This document shows positions 19,041-27,372 of a DNA stretch of 43,603 bases, one piece after another (the first letter of the stretch is position 1; each line of letters opens with the position of its first letter). Both the position numbers and the translations under genes were made by a program. Under the pieces are notes generated by a model. That model did no database searches. It saw nothing but the letters and a program-made list of their open reading frames with translations, and was not told where the DNA came from. The stretch lies in sequence record SRR2962707_2065; one strand, given 5' to 3'.

Positions 19041-19411
19041 AATGCGCCTCGCGGCAAAGCCAATATGTCTTTAATGAGCTGTAAGTGACGCATGAAAGGT
19101 TGGAAGTTGCCTTCAACAACCAATCGTCCATGGCGGCGCATACCTAAAATATCTGAAGCGTCAGGCATCGGCATTTTTTGCCAATGATCAAGCCACACTT
19201 GGTCAGAACCGCGCAGCGCAATATCCCAAGAACTCATTGGCCCGTCTGCGCTATCAATGCGCAGCTCACCATTATCAATGATGATGCGCCGTGAGGCATC
19301 GCCCAATCCGATCAACAATATTACCTTGGCGCCAGCTGCGCACCGCACCAATCGGGGGCAAGCATGAAACAGCGCTGGAATGCGTTGAAATACAGTGATG
19401 CTGTCCGTCAT
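19037..19411 (-). CDS. Hypothetical protein, SCP2 (sterol-carrier)-like
   Basis: ATG 19411 after a GGAGG RBS. WDIALRGS...GRLVVEGN pattern. Translationally coupled to the hydrolase. Confidence 0.65.
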   Translation of the reverse strand: MTDSITVFQRIPALFHACPRLVRCAAGAKVILLIGLGDASRRIIIDNGELRIDSADGPMSSWDIALRGSDQVWLDHWQKMPMPDASDILGMRRHGRLVVEGNFQPFMRHLQLIKDILALPRGAL

Positions 19412-19444
19412 GTAACCTCCCTCCCGAAGCTTTATGGTCCGCCT

Positions 19445-19576
19445 AGCAGAACCTATGGTCTGTTTTATATGCGTCTTTGCATCTTCTTGGCAATGATTTT
19501 TTATGACGCAGAGCAACTTTTTCACATTAAAGCGCAATCTATCTGTTGCATCAAGCAGAACTTTTGGTCTATTTTA
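19445..19576. promoter_or_regulatory. Divergent promoter region with a 23-bp imperfect direct repeat (candidate IclR operators)
   Basis: AGCAGAACCTATGGTCTGTTTTA (19445-19467) and AGCAGAACTTTTGGTCTATTTTA (19554-19576), 20/23 identical. Confidence 0.6.
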
Positions 19577-19597
19577 GAGAAAATTGGGAGCTTCATT

Positions 19598-20557
19598 TTG
19601 CAAAAAGAAACAGTTCAGCCTCGCCTGACATATGATGACGTTACAAATATTGGCGCTGGCCTAGTGCGCCCTGAATCAGTGCATGTTCTATCTAACGGAA
19701 GCCTTGCCGTATCGCACCGTGGCCGAGGTGTCAGCTATATCGCTGCAAATGGTGACGTAGAAATAATTGGGCCATCACCGGCCTTGGCTGGCGGTGAAGA
19801 ACTGATTCCAAATGGCATCGCCCCGCAGGCCGATGGCAGTTTTCTGATCGCCAACATTGGTGAAGGCGGCGGCGTATGGCGACTATCGCCAAGCGGTGAG
19901 CTAACCCCATATTTAATGGAAGTTGATGGCGTATTTCTAGCTGCCTCTAACTTTGTTATGACGGATAATCAGGGACGAACCTTTATTACAGTCAGCACGG
20001 TCAGCCGTCCGCGTTTTGCTGCCTATACTGATAAGGTGAGCGATGGCTTAGTTATCCTTGTCGACGATAAAGGCCCACGCATTCTGGCGGACGACATTTG
20101 CTTTTCCAACGAATGTCGCCTGACGCCCGATGGCAACGGCCTAATGGTATCAGAGACTTTTTCTCGCTGCGTCACACGGTTTGATATTGGCGATAAGGGC
20201 CTCAGCAATCGAACAACCTATGCGCAATTTGGTCGAGGCGATTTTCCAGATGGTATTCGTTTTGATAAGGACGGCGCGCTTTGGGTCACAAGCATTGTTG
20301 GTAACCGCTTATGGCGCGTCACCGATGATGGAAATAAAGAACTTGTTCTTGAAGATTGCGACGCGCAATGGGTCGACACTGTCGAAACAGCCCTTGCCGA
20401 AGGCCGTATGGGCCGCGAACATTTTTACGAAACCGGAAAAAGCCGCTTGGGCAACATCGCAAGCATAGCCTTTTCTGCAGATAGCAAGACTGCTTATCTC
20501 GGCTCGCTTTGCGGCACCTCAATTCTATCTATCCCGACCACTTACGGAGCAAAATAA
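19598..20557 (+). CDS. SMP-30/gluconolactonase family beta-propeller lactonase
   Basis: RPESV, IPNGIA, FSNECRL and FPDGIRFD metal-ligand repeats. Probable start is TTG 19598 after GGGAG. Confidence 0.88.
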   Translation: MQKETVQPRLTYDDVTNIGAGLVRPESVHVLSNGSLAVSHRGRGVSYIAANGDVEIIGPSPALAGGEELIPNGIAPQADGSFLIANIGEGGGVWRLSPSGELTPYLMEVDGVFLAASNFVMTDNQGRTFITVSTVSRPRFAAYTDKVSDGLVILVDDKGPRILADDICFSNECRLTPDGNGLMVSETFSRCVTRFDIGDKGLSNRTTYAQFGRGDFPDGIRFDKDGALWVTSIVGNRLWRVTDDGNKELVLEDCDAQWVDTVETALAEGRMGREHFYETGKSRLGNIASIAFSADSKTAYLGSLCGTSILSIPTTYGAK

Positions 20558-21438
20558 TGAATAAACCTGTGCTTGGCTTTGCAGGCCTTGGCGTGATGGG
20601 CGAACCCATTTGCCGCAACATTCTCGAAAAATCCGGCGCTGAAGTCCATGTCTTCGACCTGAACGCGGGCCCCGTGGATCGCCTTGTAGGCAAAGGCGTG
20701 ATTAAGGCTCAGAGCATTGCTGCGCTCGCGCAAAACGTAGACATTCTTTTCCTTTCATTGCCCGGCGGTCCGCAAGTCGAAGCAGTCATTCTTGGTGATG
20801 ATGGTGTTCTGGCAAATGGGCGCGCTGGGCTCACCGTGGTCGATATGTCGACTGCACCAGTGGCTCTTACGCGTGAGATCGCTGAAAAGCTTGGCGAAAA
20901 AGGCATCCTTTTTGCTGATGCTCCCGTTGCACGTACACGCCAAGCCGCCGAAGACGGCACCCTATCTATTATGGTGGGTGCGAGCGATGAGATATTTAAC
21001 AAAATCCAACCACTCCTTTCTCATGCGGCCAGCGATGTCACCCATTGCGGCATGGTTGGATGCGGACAGGTAGTCAAAATTCTCAATAACATGGTGTTGT
21101 TCGAAACGGTCGTAGCGCTGTCTGAGGCACTGTCGCTTGGTAAAGCAGCGGGTGTCGACGTTGATCTTCTCTTTGACACGATGTCGAAAGGATCTGCAGA
21201 CAGTTTTGCCCTACGCAATCATGGCATGAAGGCAATGCTGAAAGACAATTTTCCAACAGGTGCATTCCCTACAGATTACGCCCTCAAAGATGTGAGCTAC
21301 GCACTTGATCTTGCTAAATTCACAGGCTTTCGTGCCCACGGCGCAGAACTGGCGCAAGCGCGGATGGAAAAAGCCAAGGCGGCAGGTTTTGCCGATAATT
21401 ATTTTCCAGTTCTATTGCGCGTTACCGATAAGGTTTAA
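20557..21438 (+). CDS. NAD(P)-dependent beta-hydroxyacid dehydrogenase (3-hydroxyisobutyrate/tartronate semialdehyde reductase family)
   Basis: GLGVMG Rossmann motif, DAPV, GTLSIMVG and KILNN. TAATG coupling at 20555-20559. Confidence 0.92.
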   Translation: MNKPVLGFAGLGVMGEPICRNILEKSGAEVHVFDLNAGPVDRLVGKGVIKAQSIAALAQNVDILFLSLPGGPQVEAVILGDDGVLANGRAGLTVVDMSTAPVALTREIAEKLGEKGILFADAPVARTRQAAEDGTLSIMVGASDEIFNKIQPLLSHAASDVTHCGMVGCGQVVKILNNMVLFETVVALSEALSLGKAAGVDVDLLFDTMSKGSADSFALRNHGMKAMLKDNFPTGAFPTDYALKDVSYALDLAKFTGFRAHGAELAQARMEKAKAAGFADNYFPVLLRVTDKV

Positions 21439-22827
21439 GTGAAAATGGATTTTGATGTTCTGATTGCGGGCGGCGGTAATGCTGCGCTTTGCGCAGCAAT
21501 CGCTGCGGCCAAGGAAGGCCGTAAAGTCCTGGTGGTGGAAGGTGCTCCGAAGTTTTATCGCGGTGGCAACACGCGCCATACACGAAATATGCGCTGCGCC
21601 CACGATCACGCGACAGGAACATTAACTGGTCCATATACAGAAGATGAATTTTCCGATGATCTTCTGCGCGTCACGAACGGCAATACAGACGAAGACCTTT
21701 CACGCATGATGATCGCACAATCCAAGCCGATGTTGGATTGGATTCAAGAACAGGGTGTGCGTTTTCAGCCTTCCCTCGGCGGCACAATCAGTCTTGGCCG
21801 AACCAACTCGTTTTTCCTAGGCGGTGGTCGCTCAATGCTCAATTCGCTTTACCGGACAGCTGAAAAACTTGGCGTGGAGGTGCGCTACGAGCACGAAGTC
21901 ATAGGCCTCGATATAACTGACGGCCAGTTCAATAGCGCGACAGTCAAACATCCGAGCGGTGAAACGACGATAACTGCCCATGCCTTCATTGCTGCCTGCG
22001 GCGGGTTCCAGTCCGATTTTGATTGGCTGAAAGAAGGTTGGGGCGAAAGAGCAGAAAACTTTCTTATTCGCGGAACGCCCTATAACCGAGGCACCGTTAC
22101 ACGCATGCTCATCGACAATGGTGTGATGCAAATTGGCGACCCAAGCCAATGCCATGCGGTCGCAATTGATGCGCGTGCGCCGCGTTACGATGGCGGGATT
22201 ATTACACGCCTTGATTGCGTGGTATTGGGCGTAGTCGTAAACAAAAATGCCGAACGCTTTTACAATGAGGGTGAAGACATCTGGCCTAAGCGTTATGCGA
22301 TTTGGGGCCGATTAGTCGCTGATCAACCCGATCAGCTTGCATATATCATTTTCGACGCACCCAATATTCCGCGTTTTATGCCGTCCCCTTACCCGCCAAT
22401 TTCAGCGCCAACGCTGAAAGAACTGGCCGTAAAACTAGAGTTGGATACAGCAAAATTCGAAAATACGATTACCGAATTTAACGCCGCTGTGATTGGTGGT
22501 AAACCGCTGGACACAAGCGACAAAGATGGCAACACCACGAAGGGGCTTGCCATCGAAAAAACCAATTGGGCGCAGCGCATCGAAACGCCGCCATATTATG
22601 CTTATCCCGTCAGACCGGGCATCACATTTACCTATCTTGGGGTGAAGGTCGCTCATAACGCGCGCATGGTGATGGCCAACGGACAGCAGGCTGACAATCT
22701 TTATGCAGCCGGAGAAATCATGGCTGGCAACGTGCTCGGGCAAGGTTACGCTGCCGGCATTGGTATGACCATCGGCTCAGTATTTGGCCGAATAGCGGGC
22801 ACGGAGGCCGCAAAACATGTCACATAG
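21439..22827 (+). CDS. tcuA: FAD-dependent tricarballylate dehydrogenase TcuA-like
   Basis: GGGNAALCAA, RGGNTRHTRNMR, RFQPSLGGT, CHAVAIDARAP, YPVRPGITFTY and AGEIMAGNVLGQGY. Adjacent to tcuB. Start is GTG 21439 or ATG 21445. Confidence 0.9.
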   Translation: MKMDFDVLIAGGGNAALCAAIAAAKEGRKVLVVEGAPKFYRGGNTRHTRNMRCAHDHATGTLTGPYTEDEFSDDLLRVTNGNTDEDLSRMMIAQSKPMLDWIQEQGVRFQPSLGGTISLGRTNSFFLGGGRSMLNSLYRTAEKLGVEVRYEHEVIGLDITDGQFNSATVKHPSGETTITAHAFIAACGGFQSDFDWLKEGWGERAENFLIRGTPYNRGTVTRMLIDNGVMQIGDPSQCHAVAIDARAPRYDGGIITRLDCVVLGVVVNKNAERFYNEGEDIWPKRYAIWGRLVADQPDQLAYIIFDAPNIPRFMPSPYPPISAPTLKELAVKLELDTAKFENTITEFNAAVIGGKPLDTSDKDGNTTKGLAIEKTNWAQRIETPPYYAYPVRPGITFTYLGVKVAHNARMVMANGQQADNLYAAGEIMAGNVLGQGYAAGIGMTIGSVFGRIAGTEAAKHVT

Positions 22828-23920
22828 CACACCTGCGTTAACCGAAGCAGACCGACTGATGACGATCTGCAACTCCTGCAGATATTGCGAGGGCCTGTGC
22901 GCTGTTTTTCCTGCAATGGAGTTCAAGCGCTCATTTACCGACGGTGACTTGAACCATCTAGCCAATCTTTGCCACTCCTGCGGCGCATGCTTTCACGATT
23001 GCCAATTTTCGCCGCCACATGAGTTTAATGTAAATGTACCGCAAGTGTTGGCACAGGTGCGCACCGAGAGTTATGCGCATTACGCTTGGCCTGCTGCAGC
23101 ACGACCTATCTTTGAAAAACACGGAATAGTTCTCGCGCTTGGCTGCGTTGTCACATTTGCTCTGTTTCTAATCGGCTTTATCGCCGCCAATGATCCAGCC
23201 GCCCTATGGGAGGCACATCTACAAGAGGGTCGTTTTTATGCATTGATGCCACACAATGCTATGGTTGCCCTTTTCGGCGCTGCTTTCGCATGGATGGTCT
23301 TTGCCGTTTTCATGGGCGCCCGCGCTTTCTGGCTTGATGCCGGAGCAAGCAATCTTGGTGTCGTCGATCACGCAAATGCTGCGCATGATGCTGCGCGTTT
23401 GACCTATTTAGACGGTGGTGGACAAGGTTGCTATAATGAAGACGATGCACCGACAGACCGCCGCCGTCTGTGGCACCATTTTACTTTTTATGGATTCATT
23501 CTGTGCTTTGCGGCCACCTCTTTGGCAACAGTTTATCATTATGCCTTTGGATGGGAAGCGCCCTACTCTTGGTGGCAGTTACCGCCTCTGCTAGGCATCG
23601 CTGGAGGCATTGGCTTGGTTGTTGGACCTATCGGCCTTTTTGTATCTAAACTGAATAGACTTGAAGAACTCAGTACTCCTGGTTTCAAAGGTATGGAGTA
23701 TGGATTTATCGCTATTCTCTTCCTGACCGGACTAACTGGACTGGCGCTGCGGTTCCTCGGTGAAACGCCTCTGCTTGGGATAATGCTGGCTCTACATCTT
23801 GGTGCCGTGCTGACATTTTTCTTGACTATGCCATACGGCAAATTTGTTCATGGACTTTATCGATACTTGGCGCTCGCGCGCTATGCGAAAGACAAACGCG
23901 CGGCCGGAACCCACGGATAA
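22817..23920 (+). CDS. tcuB: Tricarballylate utilization 4Fe-4S membrane protein TcuB
   Basis: CNSCRYCEGLCAVFP and CHSCGAC...CQFSPPHEF Fe-S motifs, TM helices and PYGKFVH. Confidence 0.92.
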   Translation: MSHSTPALTEADRLMTICNSCRYCEGLCAVFPAMEFKRSFTDGDLNHLANLCHSCGACFHDCQFSPPHEFNVNVPQVLAQVRTESYAHYAWPAAARPIFEKHGIVLALGCVVTFALFLIGFIAANDPAALWEAHLQEGRFYALMPHNAMVALFGAAFAWMVFAVFMGARAFWLDAGASNLGVVDHANAAHDAARLTYLDGGGQGCYNEDDAPTDRRRLWHHFTFYGFILCFAATSLATVYHYAFGWEAPYSWWQLPPLLGIAGGIGLVVGPIGLFVSKLNRLEELSTPGFKGMEYGFIAILFLTGLTGLALRFLGETPLLGIMLALHLGAVLTFFLTMPYGKFVHGLYRYLALARYAKDKRAAGTHG

Positions 23921-24096
23921 TGCCATAGACCTATCAAACTCCCGAATAAATATGGGTAGCAAGCGTCCTAGCGGACAAAAACATCTTGCCATCACAAAAC
24001 TATTGCCTAAAATAGAACATATGCACCACTAGACGGACCAAATAAACGTAATGGAGATGCTGTGACAGGGCGTATTTTAAAAGCCGAGGTGAAATA

Positions 24097-24423
24097 ATGG
24101 GCACCATTATTTTACATAGCCTAGCGCACGCGCGCTCCGGCGACAAAGGCAATCGGCAGAATATCTCAGTCATACCTTACAACCCGAAGCATTGGTCTCA
24201 CCTACTCCAACATGTGACCGAAGAACGGGTAAGCGAACTTTTTGCCCATCGCGGCGTCTCGAAAGTAACGCGTTATGAACTGCCAAATTTACCAGCAATG
24301 AATTTCGTACTCGAAGACGCACTCGAAGGCGGCGTTAACTCAGCGCTTTCGCTCGATACTCACGGCAAAACCATGTCATTTTTGTTATTGGGCATGACTT
24401 TGCCATCACCAATGGAGGCTTAA
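24097..24423 (+). CDS. Small AtuA-related protein (stand-alone AtuA C-terminal-like domain)
   Basis: LAHARSGDKGN, VTRYELP...NFVL..ALEGGV..ALSLDTHGK motifs. GAGG RBS. Confidence 0.85.
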   Translation: MGTIILHSLAHARSGDKGNRQNISVIPYNPKHWSHLLQHVTEERVSELFAHRGVSKVTRYELPNLPAMNFVLEDALEGGVNSALSLDTHGKTMSFLLLGMTLPSPMEA

Positions 24424-24432
24424 GCTTCTAAA

Positions 24433-24480
24433 CAGGGAGGACTAAATGAAGCAATTTTCACTCAGGGAGGACTATATGAA
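24433..24480 (+). repeat. Duplicated RBS plus start codon (18-bp direct repeat, 30-bp period)
   Basis: CAGGGAGGACTAAATGAA (24433-24450) and CAGGGAGGACTATATGAA (24463-24480). Confidence 0.85.
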
Positions 24481-25447
24481 ACGACTTTATAAATCCGCAG
24501 CGTTTGCCGCTGCATTGATGCTGCCTTTGGGAGGCATCTCGCATGCTGAACGGCTCGCGATTGGTTCCACAGCATCATCTTCAAGCCACTATGCCTATTA
24601 CGTGGCGGCCAGCCAAGTCATCAACAAAGGCGCAGAAGGCGTTGACACCAACGTGGTCGAAACAGGTGCTACACTTGACAACTTAAGACGTCTGGAGCGT
24701 GGCCAAGTCGATATGGGCTTGGTAACAACCAACGTTGCCTATGACATGTATAACGGCAAAGGTACGTTCGAAGGCAAGCCATATGGCGGACTCGTATTAT
24801 GGGTATATGGCGTTTCAATACAAAACGTCGTCACACGCAAGGATGCTGGAATTGCTACACTTTCTGACCTAGAGGGCAAAAAGTTCAACCCAGGCATTGT
24901 TGGGTCCGGCACCGAAGCGACCACTGAATCAGTGTTTGCGGCTTTAGGCATAGCGCCTGATTGGGCACGCGGCTCAACCGGCGATATTGTCGATCAGATT
25001 AAGGACAATCGCGTTGTTGGCTATGTAAAATCCAGCGCTGGGCGTAAACTTGACGCATCTTCGGTCGATATTTCAACACTCACACCGGTTAGCGTTCTAA
25101 GCCTAAACGACGAACAGGCAGCTATCGTTGCTGAAAAATTGCCTAGCCTCTCAATCGTCCAAGTTAAAGAAGATGAAGCGGCCAAAGGCGTGTCTGCCTA
25201 TCGTACATGGGCTTATGCGACCACGACAATCGCGCGTCCAGACCTAGACGAAGAAACCGCCTACCGCATCACAAAAGCTATTGTCGAAGACAATGAACTT
25301 CAAGCAGCAGCATTTGCAGGACTTAAAGGATCAGACATTCCATTAATGACAATGGAACTCTCGACATCACCGCTGCATCCTGGCGCTATTCGCTATTACG
25401 AAGAAATCGGAATGACCATTCCTGACCATCTACGGCCTGCTCAGTGA
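24476..25447 (+). CDS. TAXI-family TRAP transporter substrate-binding protein
   Basis: Signal peptide, ETGATLDN, GSGTE and PLHPGAIRYY motifs. Alternative in-frame start at 24446. Confidence 0.92.
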   Translation: MKRLYKSAAFAAALMLPLGGISHAERLAIGSTASSSSHYAYYVAASQVINKGAEGVDTNVVETGATLDNLRRLERGQVDMGLVTTNVAYDMYNGKGTFEGKPYGGLVLWVYGVSIQNVVTRKDAGIATLSDLEGKKFNPGIVGSGTEATTESVFAALGIAPDWARGSTGDIVDQIKDNRVVGYVKSSAGRKLDASSVDISTLTPVSVLSLNDEQAAIVAEKLPSLSIVQVKEDEAAKGVSAYRTWAYATTTIARPDLDEETAYRITKAIVEDNELQAAAFAGLKGSDIPLMTMELSTSPLHPGAIRYYEEIGMTIPDHLRPAQ

Positions 25448-27372
25448 CCATGGATAATCCAGACACATTGGAGGCCCATGCGGGCCTCCAAACGCCAAAT
25501 ACCCGTCGTAATTTTCAGGGCGCGCTTTCCCTCGCGATTGGTATTTTTATCCTCTGGACCGCGATAACAGGCCCGTTTGATGCGCTCGTGCAGCGATCAA
25601 TTATGCTTGCGTTGGTTGTTACACTCGGTTTCCTAACTTTCCCGCTTCGCATTGGGGGCCGGTCACCTATCTGGGCGACAGTTATTGATGCAATACTCTG
25701 GATTGGGTCTTGTGCAGCCTGCATTTATGTAAGTGCGACCGCCGAAACGATTATGACAAGCCTGCCGCTTGCTGACGTCAAGGACATGGTATTGGTCTCT
25801 ATTTTGGTCCTTACCCTTCTCGAACTCTCCCGTCGCGCAGTTGGAATTGCCTTTCCAATTCTGATCACCATTGGTCTTTTATATGTATTCTTTGGTGACA
25901 AAATCGCTGGGCCAATGGGCCATCGCGGATATGATATTTATTTTGTGACTGAAACCCTCCTACTTTCCGATATTGGAATCTGGGGCAAGCTCACTGGTAT
26001 CGCAGCGACCATCATTGCGGCCTTCGTTCTCTTTGGCGCGATGCTTTTACGCACCGGTGGTGGCGAGACCTTTATGGATCTGGCGATCCTTGTTTCAGGC
26101 CGCCGTGTTGGCGGCGCTGCGAAAATTGCAACAATCGCTTCAGCCGCATTTGGCACAGTCAACGGTTCAGCAGTTGCCAACGTGGCAACCACCGGTTCTA
26201 TGACTATTCCACTTATGAAGCGTATTGGCTATCCGGCGCCATTCGCCGCCGCTGTTGAAGCTGTCGCGTCTACTGGCGGCCAGATTACCCCGCCTATTTT
26301 GGGCGCTGCGGCCTTCATTATGGCTGAAATCGTCGGCGTGGATTATCTACGCATCGCATTGGCCGCCTTTATCCCTGCAGTATTATTCTACGCTGGTGCG
26401 CTAACCACGATCCATTTGATCGCGCTGCGTAACAATTATGGCGTCGTACCCGCTGAAGATATCCCCGCGGCACGCGACGTACTAACCGTCGTCCGCCTCG
26501 CACCCATTTTCGGCGGGCTTGGCGGGCTCCTTTGGATGTTGCTGACCGGTCGTTCCGTGGCTTTTTCTGCGGCTATCGGCATTCTCTGTATGGTAGTTCC
26601 GTTCGTCATCGGTGATTTAATTACAAACCGCGATTTAAAGGCCACTGGCAAAAAGCTGCTTGGCGGTCTGTCTGACGCCGGATCAGGTATCGTTATCGTT
26701 TTCGTCATGCTCGCTGGCGCACAAATTCTAGTAAGCCTAATCAACATGACCGGTGTTGGCGTTACGATTTCAGCGATGACAATTGCTCTGGGTGGCCAGA
26801 ATGAAATTTTGGTTGGATTGATTGTTGCCTTCGCATGCCTTGTGCTCGGCATGGGCATTCCCACAACTGCGGCCTATGTGCTTGTTGCGGCTGTTATGGC
26901 ACCTGCCCTCATCTCAATCGGCATTGAGCCACTTGCTGCCCATATGTTCGTATTTTACTACGCAACAATTTCAGTGATTACACCGCCGCTGTGTGTGGCT
27001 GTCTTTGTCGCCGCATCCATTGCAGGAACGAGTTGGTGGGGCGTTGGATTGCATGCCGTTAGGCTCGGCGCGGTAACCTATGTCGTGCCATTCATGTTCT
27101 TGACTTATCCTGGCATGTTATGGTCAGGCACGAACTATGAAATCGCTGAAGCTGCACTATCAGGGTTTGTTTTGATAACCGCATTTGCGCTGCTTCTTTC
27201 AGGCACAAAAATCCGTGGAAGCCGCATGGCTGCTATTTTGTTGTATGCGCCAGCTGCGATTCTGGCTGTGGTTCCTTCGCATATGGCATTGGTCGCGGCT
27301 ATACTATTGACCGGCGTGGGCATTGCCATAGGACGCCCTTTCCGGCCTCGAACTGAAGTTGTTTCCGAATGA
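25444..27372 (+). CDS. TRAP transporter fused 4TM/12TM permease (TAXI type)
   Basis: GSAVANVATTG, ASTGGQITPPILGAAAF, GMGIPTTAAY and AHMFVFYYA..SVITPP. Confidence 0.93.
   Translation: MTMDNPDTLEAHAGLQTPNTRRNFQGALSLAIGIFILWTAITGPFDALVQRSIMLALVVTLGFLTFPLRIGGRSPIWATVIDAILWIGSCAACIYVSATAETIMTSLPLADVKDMVLVSILVLTLLELSRRAVGIAFPILITIGLLYVFFGDKIAGPMGHRGYDIYFVTETLLLSDIGIWGKLTGIAATIIAAFVLFGAMLLRTGGGETFMDLAILVSGRRVGGAAKIATIASAAFGTVNGSAVANVATTGSMTIPLMKRIGYPAPFAAAVEAVASTGGQITPPILGAAAFIMAEIVGVDYLRIALAAFIPAVLFYAGALTTIHLIALRNNYGVVPAEDIPAARDVLTVVRLAPIFGGLGGLLWMLLTGRSVAFSAAIGILCMVVPFVIGDLITNRDLKATGKKLLGGLSDAGSGIVIVFVMLAGAQILVSLINMTGVGVTISAMTIALGGQNEILVGLIVAFACLVLGMGIPTTAAYVLVAAVMAPALISIGIEPLAAHMFVFYYATISVITPPLCVAVFVAASIAGTSWWGVGLHAVRLGAVTYVVPFMFLTYPGMLWSGTNYEIAEAALSGFVLITAFALLLSGTKIRGSRMAAILLYAPAAILAVVPSHMALVAAILLTGVGIAIGRPFRPRTEVVSE

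Noticed and set aside
19364-19597. Long N-terminal extensions of the lactonase and SCP2-like ORFs in the ORF track
   Set aside because: They overlap each other across the divergent promoter. The downstream starts (19598 and 19411) have good RBSs. The same logic was applied to the starts at 20509, 36502 and 41721.
21439-23920. CobZ (precorrin-3B synthase) assignment
   Set aside because: There are no cobalamin genes nearby. Separate A and B genes in a carboxylate-catabolic context favour TcuAB.
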